IMG/VR virus record: IMGVR_UViG_3300037067_003476
Location: 79,156-143,155 of that record
Length of the DNA: 64,000 bases
Reading direction: 5' to 3' (one strand)
Origin: a virus
Lineage: Duplodnaviria > Caudoviricetes
Shown here: piece after piece, positions 52,116 to 60,356 of the stretch
How positions within the stretch are numbered: position 1 is the first letter of the stretch
How the letters are laid out: every line of letters starts with the position of its first letter
Made by a program: the position numbers and the translations under genes
The notes under the pieces: generated by a model
Seen by the model: the letters and a program-made list of their open reading frames with translations, nothing else
Databases searched by the model: none
Told to the model about the DNA's origin: nothing

Positions 52116-52724
52116 ATGGACAAGCTAAGTGAAATAAAAGAACGAGAACAAAAGGCGACCAAGGGGCCGTGGAAATGGGATCTAAACTTCAAAGGGAAAT
52201 GTCTATATCTTAAATCCTGTGTTCGTTGTGGTGAATACGTAATGGATTTTGTTAGATGGGGCATGAATGGTGCGACTGCGCGATTCAGATCTCTCGGTTT
52301 AATGACAAGGGCTTTTGAATTTGGTAGCTCAATTCCTGGACAAGAACACAACAGTAGCTGGTTACAAACGATTGAACATCCAGACGCTAAGTTTATTGAG
52401 CATGCGAGAGAAGACGTATCGTGGCTAATATCTGAGGTAGAGCATCTACGTAAGCTAGTGCTGCGAGATAGAGAGGGTAAGGTCGTAACTCAAGGCGCGA
52501 TGAATATTCTTATGGACCAATATTACACATTGCTATCTTTAGTAAGTTTGGCGAAAAAACTGAATATTCAAATTAAATCCCATCCAGGAACTGGGCCAAA
52601 GAGATGGGAAACTATAGTATATTCTGAACCATTGATGAATCAAAATTTTTATCAAGGATTCGGCCACACGATAATAGATAGTATTAAAGATGCACTAAAA
52701 ACCATCGGAAAAGAAAATGAATAA
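52116..52724 (+). CDS. Ead/Ea22-like phage protein
   Basis: KATKGPWKW...DAKFIEHAREDV.WLI.EVE.LR. Confidence 0.6.
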   Translation: MDKLSEIKEREQKATKGPWKWDLNFKGKCLYLKSCVRCGEYVMDFVRWGMNGATARFRSLGLMTRAFEFGSSIPGQEHNSSWLQTIEHPDAKFIEHAREDVSWLISEVEHLRKLVLRDREGKVVTQGAMNILMDQYYTLLSLVSLAKKLNIQIKSHPGTGPKRWETIVYSEPLMNQNFYQGFGHTIIDSIKDALKTIGKENE

Positions 52725-53259
52725 AGCAACAGAAATTTGTTTCTTGGATATGGATGGTGTGCTAGCCAACTTTAACTTAAGTATGTCTAAACTATTTAAC
52801 GTTTCATATAGTGCAATGACACAACGCCAGTCATGGGGTATCCACCAATTTGTTGGTATCACCAAAATGGAAATGTGGGCGCTCGTGGACTTGGCAGGTA
52901 AAGCATTCTGGGCAAACATGGAACCATACCCGTGGGTTCCCGACCTATTACTCGCGATTGATAAACGATTCGGACTAGACCACACGTATTTGTTGACAGA
53001 CCCAGGCCATAGCACAAATTCTCCGTCTGGCAAACAAGAATGGGTAAATACAAATCTGCCAGAAATATTACACGATAACTTGATTATAACTCAACATAAA
53101 CATTTATTGGCTGGTGCTAACCGCGTACTCATAGATGATAGAGATAAAAATTGCGACCAATTTATAGAAGCTTGTGGTGGCGCAATCATATTCCCGCAGC
53201 CATGGAATAGAATGAGAAACGTTGCTGTTGAAGCCGTAATACGGGATATTGGAGAATGA
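52717..53259 (+). CDS. 5'(3')-deoxyribonucleotidase (HAD, NT5C-like)
   Basis: LDMDGVLANF, GK.EW, LIDDR. Confidence 0.85.
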   Translation: MNKATEICFLDMDGVLANFNLSMSKLFNVSYSAMTQRQSWGIHQFVGITKMEMWALVDLAGKAFWANMEPYPWVPDLLLAIDKRFGLDHTYLLTDPGHSTNSPSGKQEWVNTNLPEILHDNLIITQHKHLLAGANRVLIDDRDKNCDQFIEACGGAIIFPQPWNRMRNVAVEAVIRDIGE

Positions 53260-53582
53260 GAATACTATTAGATCTAGACGATACTGTAATAATCAACAAT
53301 AAGCTACACTCTAGATTCTTCGACTTTCAGAAATGGGTCAAGGATAACAATCATGAAGTAATAATCTGGAGTTCGCGAGACGATGGATCTGTGTTGGCGG
53401 CACTCATGGGATTCAGCGGTTTCATAAGTAAGGATAGCGGCGAGAGACCAACTGCCGACTACTTGATAGATGACGAGGCGGAGCACTTCTGTAAGTATTG
53501 CAATGTCCCATATTATTCAAAGTCGATAAGTAATTTCATGATAAAGTTGCTGAAATTGAAAGGATGTGAAAGGGATGGATAG
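53256..53582 (+). CDS. Capless HAD phosphatase
   Basis: LDLDDT, IIWSSR, K, YLIDD. Confidence 0.8.
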   Translation: MRILLDLDDTVIINNKLHSRFFDFQKWVKDNNHEVIIWSSRDDGSVLAALMGFSGFISKDSGERPTADYLIDDEAEHFCKYCNVPYYSKSISNFMIKLLKLKGCERDG

Positions 53583-54227
53583 TAGAATAATAAGGACGCC
53601 CTTTAATATTGATACATACATTCAATAACTGAACGCTGCAATATGTCGTGCGACCATTGTATGTTATCTGCAACATCTGTTGGCGATGACATGGCCCCGG
53701 ATATGGTGCGTCGTACATTAGATAGTGTTTGGAATAGTGGTTATATAACAATTGGCGGCGGCGAACCGACTATTCATTCGGATTTCTGGGAAATATTTGA
53801 GATAGTTGTTTCTCACCCAAAAAAGAAAAAAGTAAAGATAGTAACCAATGGAAGTATGACCGACACAGCATTGGAATTAGGTAGACTAGCCAAGAGAGGG
53901 ATATTAAGAGCAGGACTATCTCTAGACAAATACCATAACGTTATCGACCCCAGAGTATTAGAGATGTACTTAAACACCAAGAGAAATTCATTGCATGACG
54001 GAAGATATGTGTTAGCGATTAGTGACGATAAAGTGACGCATCTTGGTCGTTCCTCGTTTGGGTTGCAACATATTTGTCCTGCTGATTTTAGATTCATTAA
54101 ACCAAATGGGGAAGTTTATAGTTGTGTGTGGGGATGCTGTTTATTTGGGAGATATTCCGTAATGATGAGAATAAGAAGATTAATTAATTTGATAGTTTCG
54201 TTTTTCAAAACAACTAATTGTTATTAA
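53575..54227 (+). pseudogene. Radical SAM protein, frameshifted near the 5' end
   Basis: ATG 53575 gives MDSRIIRTPFNIDTYIQ*; the -1 frame continues ITERCNMSCDHC (CxxxCxxC), GGGEPT, VTNGS. Confidence 0.7.
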
Positions 54228-54442
54228 TAATTACTGGTGCGTGACGAGAAAATGTGTTTGTGCGAATATGAACGATAGGAGTGTCAATGGGCGGCACCGT
54301 TGACGGATGATGGTATGGAGCTTGATAGTCCCAGGAATCGGGGCCGTCGCGGAAATGGTGCTTTGTATCGTTATCCCATCCATGAGCAGATTGCTGGCGG
54401 AACGTCGATTTGCCCGCTATTCCGCGTATTTCAAGGTGAGGA

Positions 54443-54649
54443 ATGGACGTGATTGCCGAAATGATGAATTATAGGATTGGTGATGCGATAGTTTATATGT
54501 CAATAAATTTGATGCATATTGTAACTAGTATATATGATGGTGGTTGTGGAGAAATTACGTTGATGGGAGATACGTATTTTGTAGATAGTATTGATGATAT
54601 AAAGAGAATTGTTGAAGAGAATAGTGTTAAGAGAGTTTTTAGAATTTAG
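54443..54649 (+). CDS. Hypothetical protein
   Basis: GAGG RBS; last gene before the repeat-rich region. Confidence 0.5.
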   Translation: MDVIAEMMNYRIGDAIVYMSINLMHIVTSIYDGGCGEITLMGDTYFVDSIDDIKRIVEENSVKRVFRI

Positions 54650-55052
54650 CCCCCCGGATTTTTTTGACAAACACCATTTTGGCGAGATGCAATCGAGCCT
54701 ATTGATTAAGACCCCCACCCTAGACTGTAAATAGTTTGTGTATATAAACAAAGATTTTGTTTTTTGGGGCCGTTGAATGTTTCAAAAGGCCCCCGCGTTA
54801 TCGGACACATCACACCATTATCGGACGGACCTATAAAACCCCCATACCCCTATGGACGGATTATAGGACCAAGACCAGCCGACGCACCAAAGACCTATAA
54901 GATACATTTTGCTAGCCCGATAACTAATCACATAATCTATATTATAGGACTAGCTAACCTGGAACGGGAAACGCCTATAATATCTTCCCTCTCGCAATAA
55001 AAACGACGGACCTTAACTTAACTCATGAAACCACAACCACTTAAAAAAATAT

Positions 55053-55081
55053 TTGACAGAAAAACCATTATATGTTAAACT
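55053..55081 (+). promoter_or_regulatory. Sigma70-type early promoter
   Basis: TTGACA-17 bp-TAAACT with TG extension and an upstream A-tract. Confidence 0.8.
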
Positions 55082-55101
55082 CTTACAATCGCCGATGGAC
55101 A

Positions 55102-55260
55102 ATGATAAAAATGACGCCTATACAACAGTACAGACTGGACGTTGCCCGTGGATGGCTGACGATCAGCCGGGAAAAACGGGGCTTTAGTGCTCTTACCAGA
55201 GAGGCTGTAAGATTGGCACGGATTCGGTTTTCGGAACAAGTTGCCAAGAACAGCCGATAA
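55102..55260 (+). CDS. Small early protein
   Basis: First ORF after the promoter. Confidence 0.5.
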   Translation: MIKMTPIQQYRLDVARGWLTISREKRGFSALTREAVRLARIRFSEQVAKNSR

Positions 55261-55274
55261 CAAGGGGGTTGCCG

Positions 55275-55490
55275 ATGACTACTTATGAGACTAAATACGA
55301 AACTGACTATGGGACGTTCAAAGTGGCGATAACGAACAAAGGGGCAGTACGTTATAAGACGTTCAGTTACGATGGCAAGTACGGTTCGATAACCTGCAAC
55401 ACGCTGAATGGTTTGGTTTTAGGACTTACTAATGCGGGTTGCATTGTACCGATAAGTGATATGCGGGTTTTATTGGACCTTGGATATTAA
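55275..55490 (+). CDS. Small early protein
   Basis: AAGGGGG RBS. Confidence 0.6.
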   Translation: MTTYETKYETDYGTFKVAITNKGAVRYKTFSYDGKYGSITCNTLNGLVLGLTNAGCIVPISDMRVLLDLGY

Positions 55491-55501
55491 GGGGTGATAA
55501 T

Positions 55502-55705
55502 ATGAGATTGAAACCAGCAAGGGCGAGAATGATAGCACACCATATCAGATACTACAAAGGTTATCGGGGTATGGTGTTTGGTGGATTACCTGGCGAACCA
55601 ATGCAATCCGTTTATGGGACGGTAGTTGTAATGGTCGAATTATCGGACTATCTACTACTGGTCGTGAAACAGGATGATGGGACGTTCGTTGAAGTACGAA
55701 TATAA
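55502..55705 (+). CDS. Small early protein
   Basis: AAGGGGTG RBS. Confidence 0.6.
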   Translation: MRLKPARARMIAHHIRYYKGYRGMVFGGLPGEPMQSVYGTVVVMVELSDYLLLVVKQDDGTFVEVRI

Positions 55706-55717
55706 GGGGTAATAACA

Positions 55718-55882
55718 ATGTGGAAAAATATCGGACGGTATGGAAGTGAACGTGGTGCGATAACTGCTGCCAAGACAAGACGTAACAAGACGTATCAGTT
55801 ATCACGAGTGATACCTGCAACACTTATTATCGGTCATAGACCGATATGGTACGTTGAATCCTACATTCCAAGTAGCCGATAA
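55718..55882 (+). CDS. Small early protein (54 aa, below the ORF-track cut-off)
   Basis: AAGGGGT RBS; MWKNIGRYGSERGA... Confidence 0.55.
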   Translation: MWKNIGRYGSERGAITAAKTRRNKTYQLSRVIPATLIIGHRPIWYVESYIPSSR

Positions 55883-55899
55883 CATAAGGAGTGATAACG

Positions 55900-56052
55900 A
55901 TGAACGGACGGTTTATAGTTATTGTGACCAAACCACAGCCGTATGTTTATGGGACGTTCAGAAGTCCTGAGGAAGCTAGAGACTGGGCTTATAAAAACGT
56001 CGTTGGATACGACTATATAGTAGATGTGTTATACAGCGTTACCAAACAATGA
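55900..56052 (+). CDS. Small early protein (50 aa)
   Basis: AAGGAGT RBS; MNGRFIVIV...YGTFRSPEEARDWA. Confidence 0.6.
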   Translation: MNGRFIVIVTKPQPYVYGTFRSPEEARDWAYKNVVGYDYIVDVLYSVTKQ

Positions 56053-56319
56053 CTGATTTATAGGACCATGTAGCTAGTGGTCCTATAATTTTATACAGAA
56101 ACATTTGTTATCGGTCTAACTCAAGATGATACAAGATAGAGGTAACAAGAGGAATAGGTAGATAGTTCTATATGGTTGTGAGATGCTGTTTAGGTAACTA
56201 GTTCTATATACCATAAACATCATTCATGTAGAACAGACCCATAACTATTGTATATTATAAGACTAGCAAAAGATATCTTATCAGACTAAAGAAAAAAAAG
56301 AAAAAACACGGTTGACCCG

Positions 56320-56348
56320 TTGACTTGTTTCCGGCAGGGTGCTACTAT
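56320..56348 (+). promoter_or_regulatory. Strong sigma70-type promoter for the ORF-plus-ncRNA unit
   Basis: TTGACT-17 bp-TACTAT with TG extended -10 and an A-tract UP element at 56288-56306. Confidence 0.85.
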
Positions 56349-56505
56349 ACATCAGACAACAAAGCCCATCCAACGGGATGGGACGGACAACACCTGATAC
56401 ACCTTGCGAATTCGGGGCAATAGGTCTTGTGACCGAAAACCGAATAGTGAGTTATCGGGGCACTACCGGGAGATTGCCCAATACCCGATTATGGGAGTTT
56501 TGGGA

Positions 56506-56823
56506 ATGACAGAAGTGCAGCAGGATGCAGGTGTTGCGGTTACGAGTGAGGTGTTTTTGGCTAACCTGTCTGGTTACGCCAAGCACGCGCGGCTCGTTGA
56601 CGCAATTGTGGGGAGCCAGAACCCGACGGCCGACATTGAAGAGGCGTTCTCGGTAATCGAGTCGCTAAGGTCAATGGAAGCTTCGGGCAAGGGTTACACC
56701 CCAGCCGAGACGTTGGGTTTCGGCTCAGAGAATGCGTCGACAATCGCGATGGCCATTCTTGGCAAGCGAACCAGTACCGCACGTATTCGCGGTTTGGCGC
56801 GCAAGATCGGTCGCAGCGCGTAA
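56506..56823 (+). CDS. 105-aa hypothetical protein with Arg-rich C-terminus, cotranscribed with the large ncRNA
   Basis: GGGAG RBS 8 nt before ATG; ends RTSTARIRGLARKIGRSA. Confidence 0.7.
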   Translation: MTEVQQDAGVAVTSEVFLANLSGYAKHARLVDAIVGSQNPTADIEEAFSVIESLRSMEASGKGYTPAETLGFGSENASTIAMAILGKRTSTARIRGLARKIGRSA

Positions 56824-56834
56824 CGCAACGTCTT

Positions 56835-57890
56835 GGGGTATTGCGGGTTATAGCCGCAATTGGTAGGGGGTGCAAGTCCCTATACCCCTATAGGTAGTGT
56901 GTAATTGATAAAGAAACGATAATGCGCCAGATGTGGGCTAGCGTCGGGACAGAACGAATCGTTCGCCAATGGTAGCTCATTGGAAACAGTAACGCGCTGG
57001 GCACACTACTACCGGTTTTCGGACTACCAATAATCGCGCCGTCTTTTCCCGTCACACACCCGACGGCGCGCCTTTGGTCGCCCGTTCATAGCCGATAATG
57101 TTAGCGGTTTACTGCGGGTTATCAGGCGCGCGGAGCGCGTCAACACGGGTTATCGGTAAGTCCGGTAAATATAACGGATTATAGGGACAACAATACCGGT
57201 ATGTCCGTTCGTGACCGTATCACGTTGTATCAGCGTTATAGGGTCTTGCTAGCGCTTGGTCTTATAATGTTGAATATGGTTGGGTACGGTACGTCCCATA
57301 AGGGTAAGCGTCTAGGGGAGATTCCCTGCGCAAAAACAGATAATCCGCGCTGAAAAACAGATTTTCGGCGTAGGATGTTAGTCTGTCAAAACAGGGGTCG
57401 GTATACTGTAAGGTGTCCTGTTAGACTTGCAATTGTCTTGCAATGCGCATAGACCATAGGTCATGCCTAACACAAGGCTTATGTATTGCATAGTAGTCTT
57501 GCGGTCTCTGTATACCTATCCAAACCTAGAACGAAAGCGCTATTGGTGGTAGCCTTACCGGTCCACTAGATGTTAAACGGCGCACGGATGTTAGTTTCTC
57601 TAGTCGGTAGTGCCGATGTCTATGCTGTCGCGCTGGACATTAGGGTAACGCGAGATGACAATAGCGCATCGACGGAGCAAAGTCGAGTCAACTAAGCCGA
57701 CTCGTGCCGTGAAGATGTAAAAATGTTCATTCCTTAAGTGGCTTATTCCCATGTAGATACAGCGTCGAACGGTAGGCGCTTATAGCGCCCAATACCAACC
57801 TACAAGCGATAACGGTCAGACGATAATAACCGCTATTACCGTCACTATACCTAGTCGCGTAGGCCAGATTCGATCCTGTGTTTATATGTC
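56835..57890 (+). ncRNA. Candidate large (~1.05 kb) highly structured non-coding RNA, family not recognised
   Basis: No ORF of 60 aa or more starts or lies within it on the plus strand; many nested stems with G-U pairs; bounded by a promoter and a terminator. Confidence 0.7.
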
Positions 57891-57893
57891 TTT

Positions 57894-57936
57894 CGCCCCT
57901 GATGACTCACCATTGTCAGGGGCGTTTTCTTTTCTT
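57894..57936 (+). terminator. Rho-independent terminator ending the ncRNA unit
   Basis: CGCCCCTGATG/TGTCAGGGGCG stem followed by TTTTCTTTTCTT. Confidence 0.88.
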
Positions 57937-58056
57937 CGGTGTTTTTGACGTAAGTCCTTTTTCCCCGAGGTACTTAAGTATTGTTGAAAATTTCCTGGGT
58001 GACATTTTCGCCCTAGGGGAAACACTTTTCGCCCATCCTGAGTAGTCAAAACAAAG

Positions 58057-58176
58057 TAATTAACCAGTTAATCGGCGAATTAACCAGAAAGTGGTTAATC
58101 AGTTGACTAGTTAATCAGAAAAAACGCCAAGTGGTTAATCAGTTAATCGGTTAATCAGTGATCAAAAAACGGTTAA
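58057..58176. repeat. Cluster of GTTAATC(A/G)G/TTAACCAG short repeats (iteron-like)
   Basis: About nine copies in 120 bp, including two copies of AAGTGGTTAATCAGTT. Confidence 0.7.
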
Positions 58177-58498
58177 AGCCGATAAAGAAAGTGACATAAG
58201 TCGTTGTGTAGCAAGGTGTTAAGTGCAAAATGTGTGTACAAACCACCTTTCCCCACTTCCCCCACTTCGCCCCACTCGTCTCGTCCCCGTATAGTACTGT
58301 GTATGGGGTGTGTTATAGGGGAATGTAAGAGGTAGTAATATCAATATGTTACAACAACGACACAACCCGTAAATCAACAAACAAACCACAAGATGTAGTG
58401 GATCAAACCCAAAAAATGACACAACATGTATGGTGTATGATCACATCATACAGCGCATAGTTCTGTTATATATGTGCGCGCATATAGAGAAACAGGCA

Positions 58499-58699
58499 AT
58501 GAAACAACAATATGGGGTATGTGCCGTTTGTCAGTTAAAGGCAATGGTAAAACTGGTTGCGGCAACTCCAGAAGAAAAGGCCATAACCGGAGAAACGAGT
58601 ATAATCGTCATAGACGATCACAGATTCGGAAACATGGAACACTGCGCCGGTTCCGGTATTGTTCCGCAAACAGTGATAAACCACCATAGTTTAGGCTAG
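58499..58699 (+). CDS. Small Cys/His protein
   Basis: CAVC...H...HCAGSG. Confidence 0.5.
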   Translation: MKQQYGVCAVCQLKAMVKLVAATPEEKAITGETSIIVIDDHRFGNMEHCAGSGIVPQTVINHHSLG

Positions 58700-58711
58700 A
58701 CGGAGAAAATA

Positions 58712-59107
58712 ATGCCAAAACAATTCGCGGATGGTTCGTGGGGGGTTCGTGTAAACGAATATCGCCCACAAAAGAAGAATCCAACAAGCCTAGATAAGTC
58801 TGTCGGTGACAGGCATTTTGGTTATCGTGTAAGACCGCAACGGGATGGGGTGGTATTAGTTGATGGGGCTGATGGAAGTCCCATATTCAAGAGCGCGAGA
58901 AAAACTGCATGTCGAAAACGCAAGATGCCATCTCGGCTCTGTTCACGAGTCGACAGTGCTGTTGTTGATGAGGCGGTCAAAAAAGAACAGGAAATGGAAG
59001 TACTTGTTGGTAAACAAATAAGAAGGGATATGTTCCCTCGATTTCGGGCAAGGAAAGGACAAAAACCAGCAAGTCAGCAGCATTTCAAAAATCACACAAG
59101 TGATTAA
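58712..59107 (+). CDS. Basic hypothetical protein
   Basis: GGAG RBS; Lys/Arg-rich. Confidence 0.6.
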   Translation: MPKQFADGSWGVRVNEYRPQKKNPTSLDKSVGDRHFGYRVRPQRDGVVLVDGADGSPIFKSARKTACRKRKMPSRLCSRVDSAVVDEAVKKEQEMEVLVGKQIRRDMFPRFRARKGQKPASQQHFKNHTSD

Positions 59108-59109
59108 AT

Positions 59110-59221
59110 GGGGAGTGGAGTTAGGCGGCAATTATCGGCACCTTGAGAGGGTCGCAGTAGAAGGCAGGCGGTAGCGCTAAAACGCCAAGCCGGACGAATA
59201 ATTGCTAAGAGTTTCTTCCCC
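59110..59221 (+). ncRNA. Candidate structured RNA
   Basis: GGGGAG/CTTCCCC closing stem; GGCAATTAT/ATAATTGCT and CGGC/GCCG inner stems. Confidence 0.45.
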
Positions 59222-59368
59222 CTGGTCTGATATCTTCCAAAGTCAAATATATCAGGCTTTGGCAGACCTAAAACTCTAGTATCTCATGTTTTGTTGGTTT
59301 AAGACCTGAAAGTCAACAGTAATAGTTGAAGTACATAAAGCAATTCTCGTCTCGCTGAGTGTTGCTCT

Positions 59369-59728
59369 ATGTATTCCAATAACAAAAAAGATGATACGGG
59401 TTACAGTATAACGACTCTTTACAACGGAGTAGATATGCAAGCATTGTTGTTTATACGCGAATCAACCACGGACAAGCAACATGCCATTAGAACGTGGCCA
59501 TTTGCTACATCCGAAAGGCCGAAACGCGTCTGGACGTTGATTGGCCAGTGCGACGAAAACAAACCGCCAAGCCTTCCATACGTACCAAAACATCTAAACA
59601 ACGCTTTCTTTGAGGACTATATCCATGATTGGAATCTGATAAACAAAGTTGGTGGTGAAGAAAAGGTGTTTCACTACTATTCGCGTGTGTCAGACGGAGG
59701 TGTGTGGCTTCTTTTGGAGTGGAACTAA
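59369..59728 (+). CDS. Hypothetical protein
   Basis: Likely start ATG 59435 after GGAG. Confidence 0.5.
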   Translation: MYSNNKKDDTGYSITTLYNGVDMQALLFIRESTTDKQHAIRTWPFATSERPKRVWTLIGQCDENKPPSLPYVPKHLNNAFFEDYIHDWNLINKVGGEEKVFHYYSRVSDGGVWLLLEWN

Positions 59729-59859
59729 CAAATGATAACAAAAACTGTAATACAAGAGTTGTTCTTTGTGAACGAGCCTCTGAAAGACCAGGATCACGCC
59801 ATTGAAGTAGCGCTGCGGACATGCCTATTATGCTAAGTTTTGGCTATAATGTTTGATAG

Positions 59860-59898
59860 AGTCGGGGGTCAGCCGCAAGACTCCCGACTTCTTATTTT
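59860..59898 (+). terminator. Probable terminator hairpin
   Basis: AGTCGGGGGTC/GACTCCCGACT stem followed by TCTTATTTT. Confidence 0.65.
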
Positions 59899-60007
59899 GG
59901 TAATTATAAAATGACCCCGTAACTCTATAGGATTATTCTATAACTACCAAGATTTAAGATAGTTGGTCAATGGTGCTTCTAGTCGTCGACAATCAAGGAG
60001 AAGTTAA

Positions 60008-60082
60008 GGGCCTGTAGCTCAACTGGTTACGAGCACCGGTCTCATAAACCGGCGGTTCTGGGTTCGAGTCCCAGCAGGCCCA
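60008..60082 (+). tRNA. tRNA with CAT anticodon (Ile2/lysidine-type or elongator Met)
   Basis: GGGCCTG/CAGGCCC acceptor, CCGGT-CTCATAA-ACCGG anticodon arm, GGTTCGAGTCC T-arm; no encoded CCA. Confidence 0.9.
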
Positions 60083-60083
60083 T

Positions 60084-60157
60084 TGCGACGGAGTGGAACG
60101 GATTACCATACTAGCCTCATAAGCTAGAGATAGTGGGTTCGACTCCCACCGTTGCTA
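60084..60157 (+). tRNA. tRNA-Met(CAT), initiator-like
   Basis: 1:72 mismatch (T:T), CTAGC-CTCATAA-GCTAG anticodon arm, GGTTCGACTCC T-arm. Confidence 0.8.
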
Positions 60158-60160
60158 GTA

Positions 60161-60356
60161 TACGGCGGGGTATACACCGACCGTAGAGGGCTCCTGGGAA
60201 TAGCGCAGATAGCGCTTGGTGGGACCAGGAGAGGATATTAAATTCCACTATGTTCGTCTGTCTGGCATCGGCCACGGCCAGTAACTTGAGACTGGTTAAG
60301 GTTAACGACCTATTGTATCTAGGCCAGTCTCTCTCGCTGGGTAGGTGAAGCCCAGA
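60161..60356 (+). ncRNA. Candidate structured RNA directly after the tRNA pair
   Basis: TACGG/CCGTA, CTCCTGG/CCAGGAG, AGCGC/GCGCT, GAGACTGGT/GCCAGTCTC and CTGGG/CCCAG stems. Confidence 0.45.

Larger units (their letters stand above)
54798..58319. repeat. Dispersed TTAT(C/A)GG motif array (about 24 copies, both orientations)
   Basis: Copies starting at 54798, 54818, 54830, 54861, 54894, 54917, 54942, 54974, 55254, 55449, 55561, 55640, 55827, 55876, 56058, 56082, 56108, 56452, 57092, 57150, 57179, 57236, 58179, 58313. Confidence 0.8.

Noticed and set aside
54764-55000. 78-aa Pro-rich ORF
   Set aside because: TTG start without RBS; a translation of the motif array
56835-57890. Group I/II intron, tmRNA or RNase P identity for the large RNA
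   Set aside because: Not inside a gene; I found no group II GUGYG start with domain V, no tmRNA ends or tag ORF, and no RNase P P4 consensus by eye. Needs cmscan to exclude formally.
57899-57905. Hammerhead ribozyme core CTGATGA
   Set aside because: Lies within the terminator stem with no correctly placed stem II and GAAA
58057-58176. CRISPR array
   Set aside because: Repeats are 8-16 bp with irregular short spacing; no cas genes
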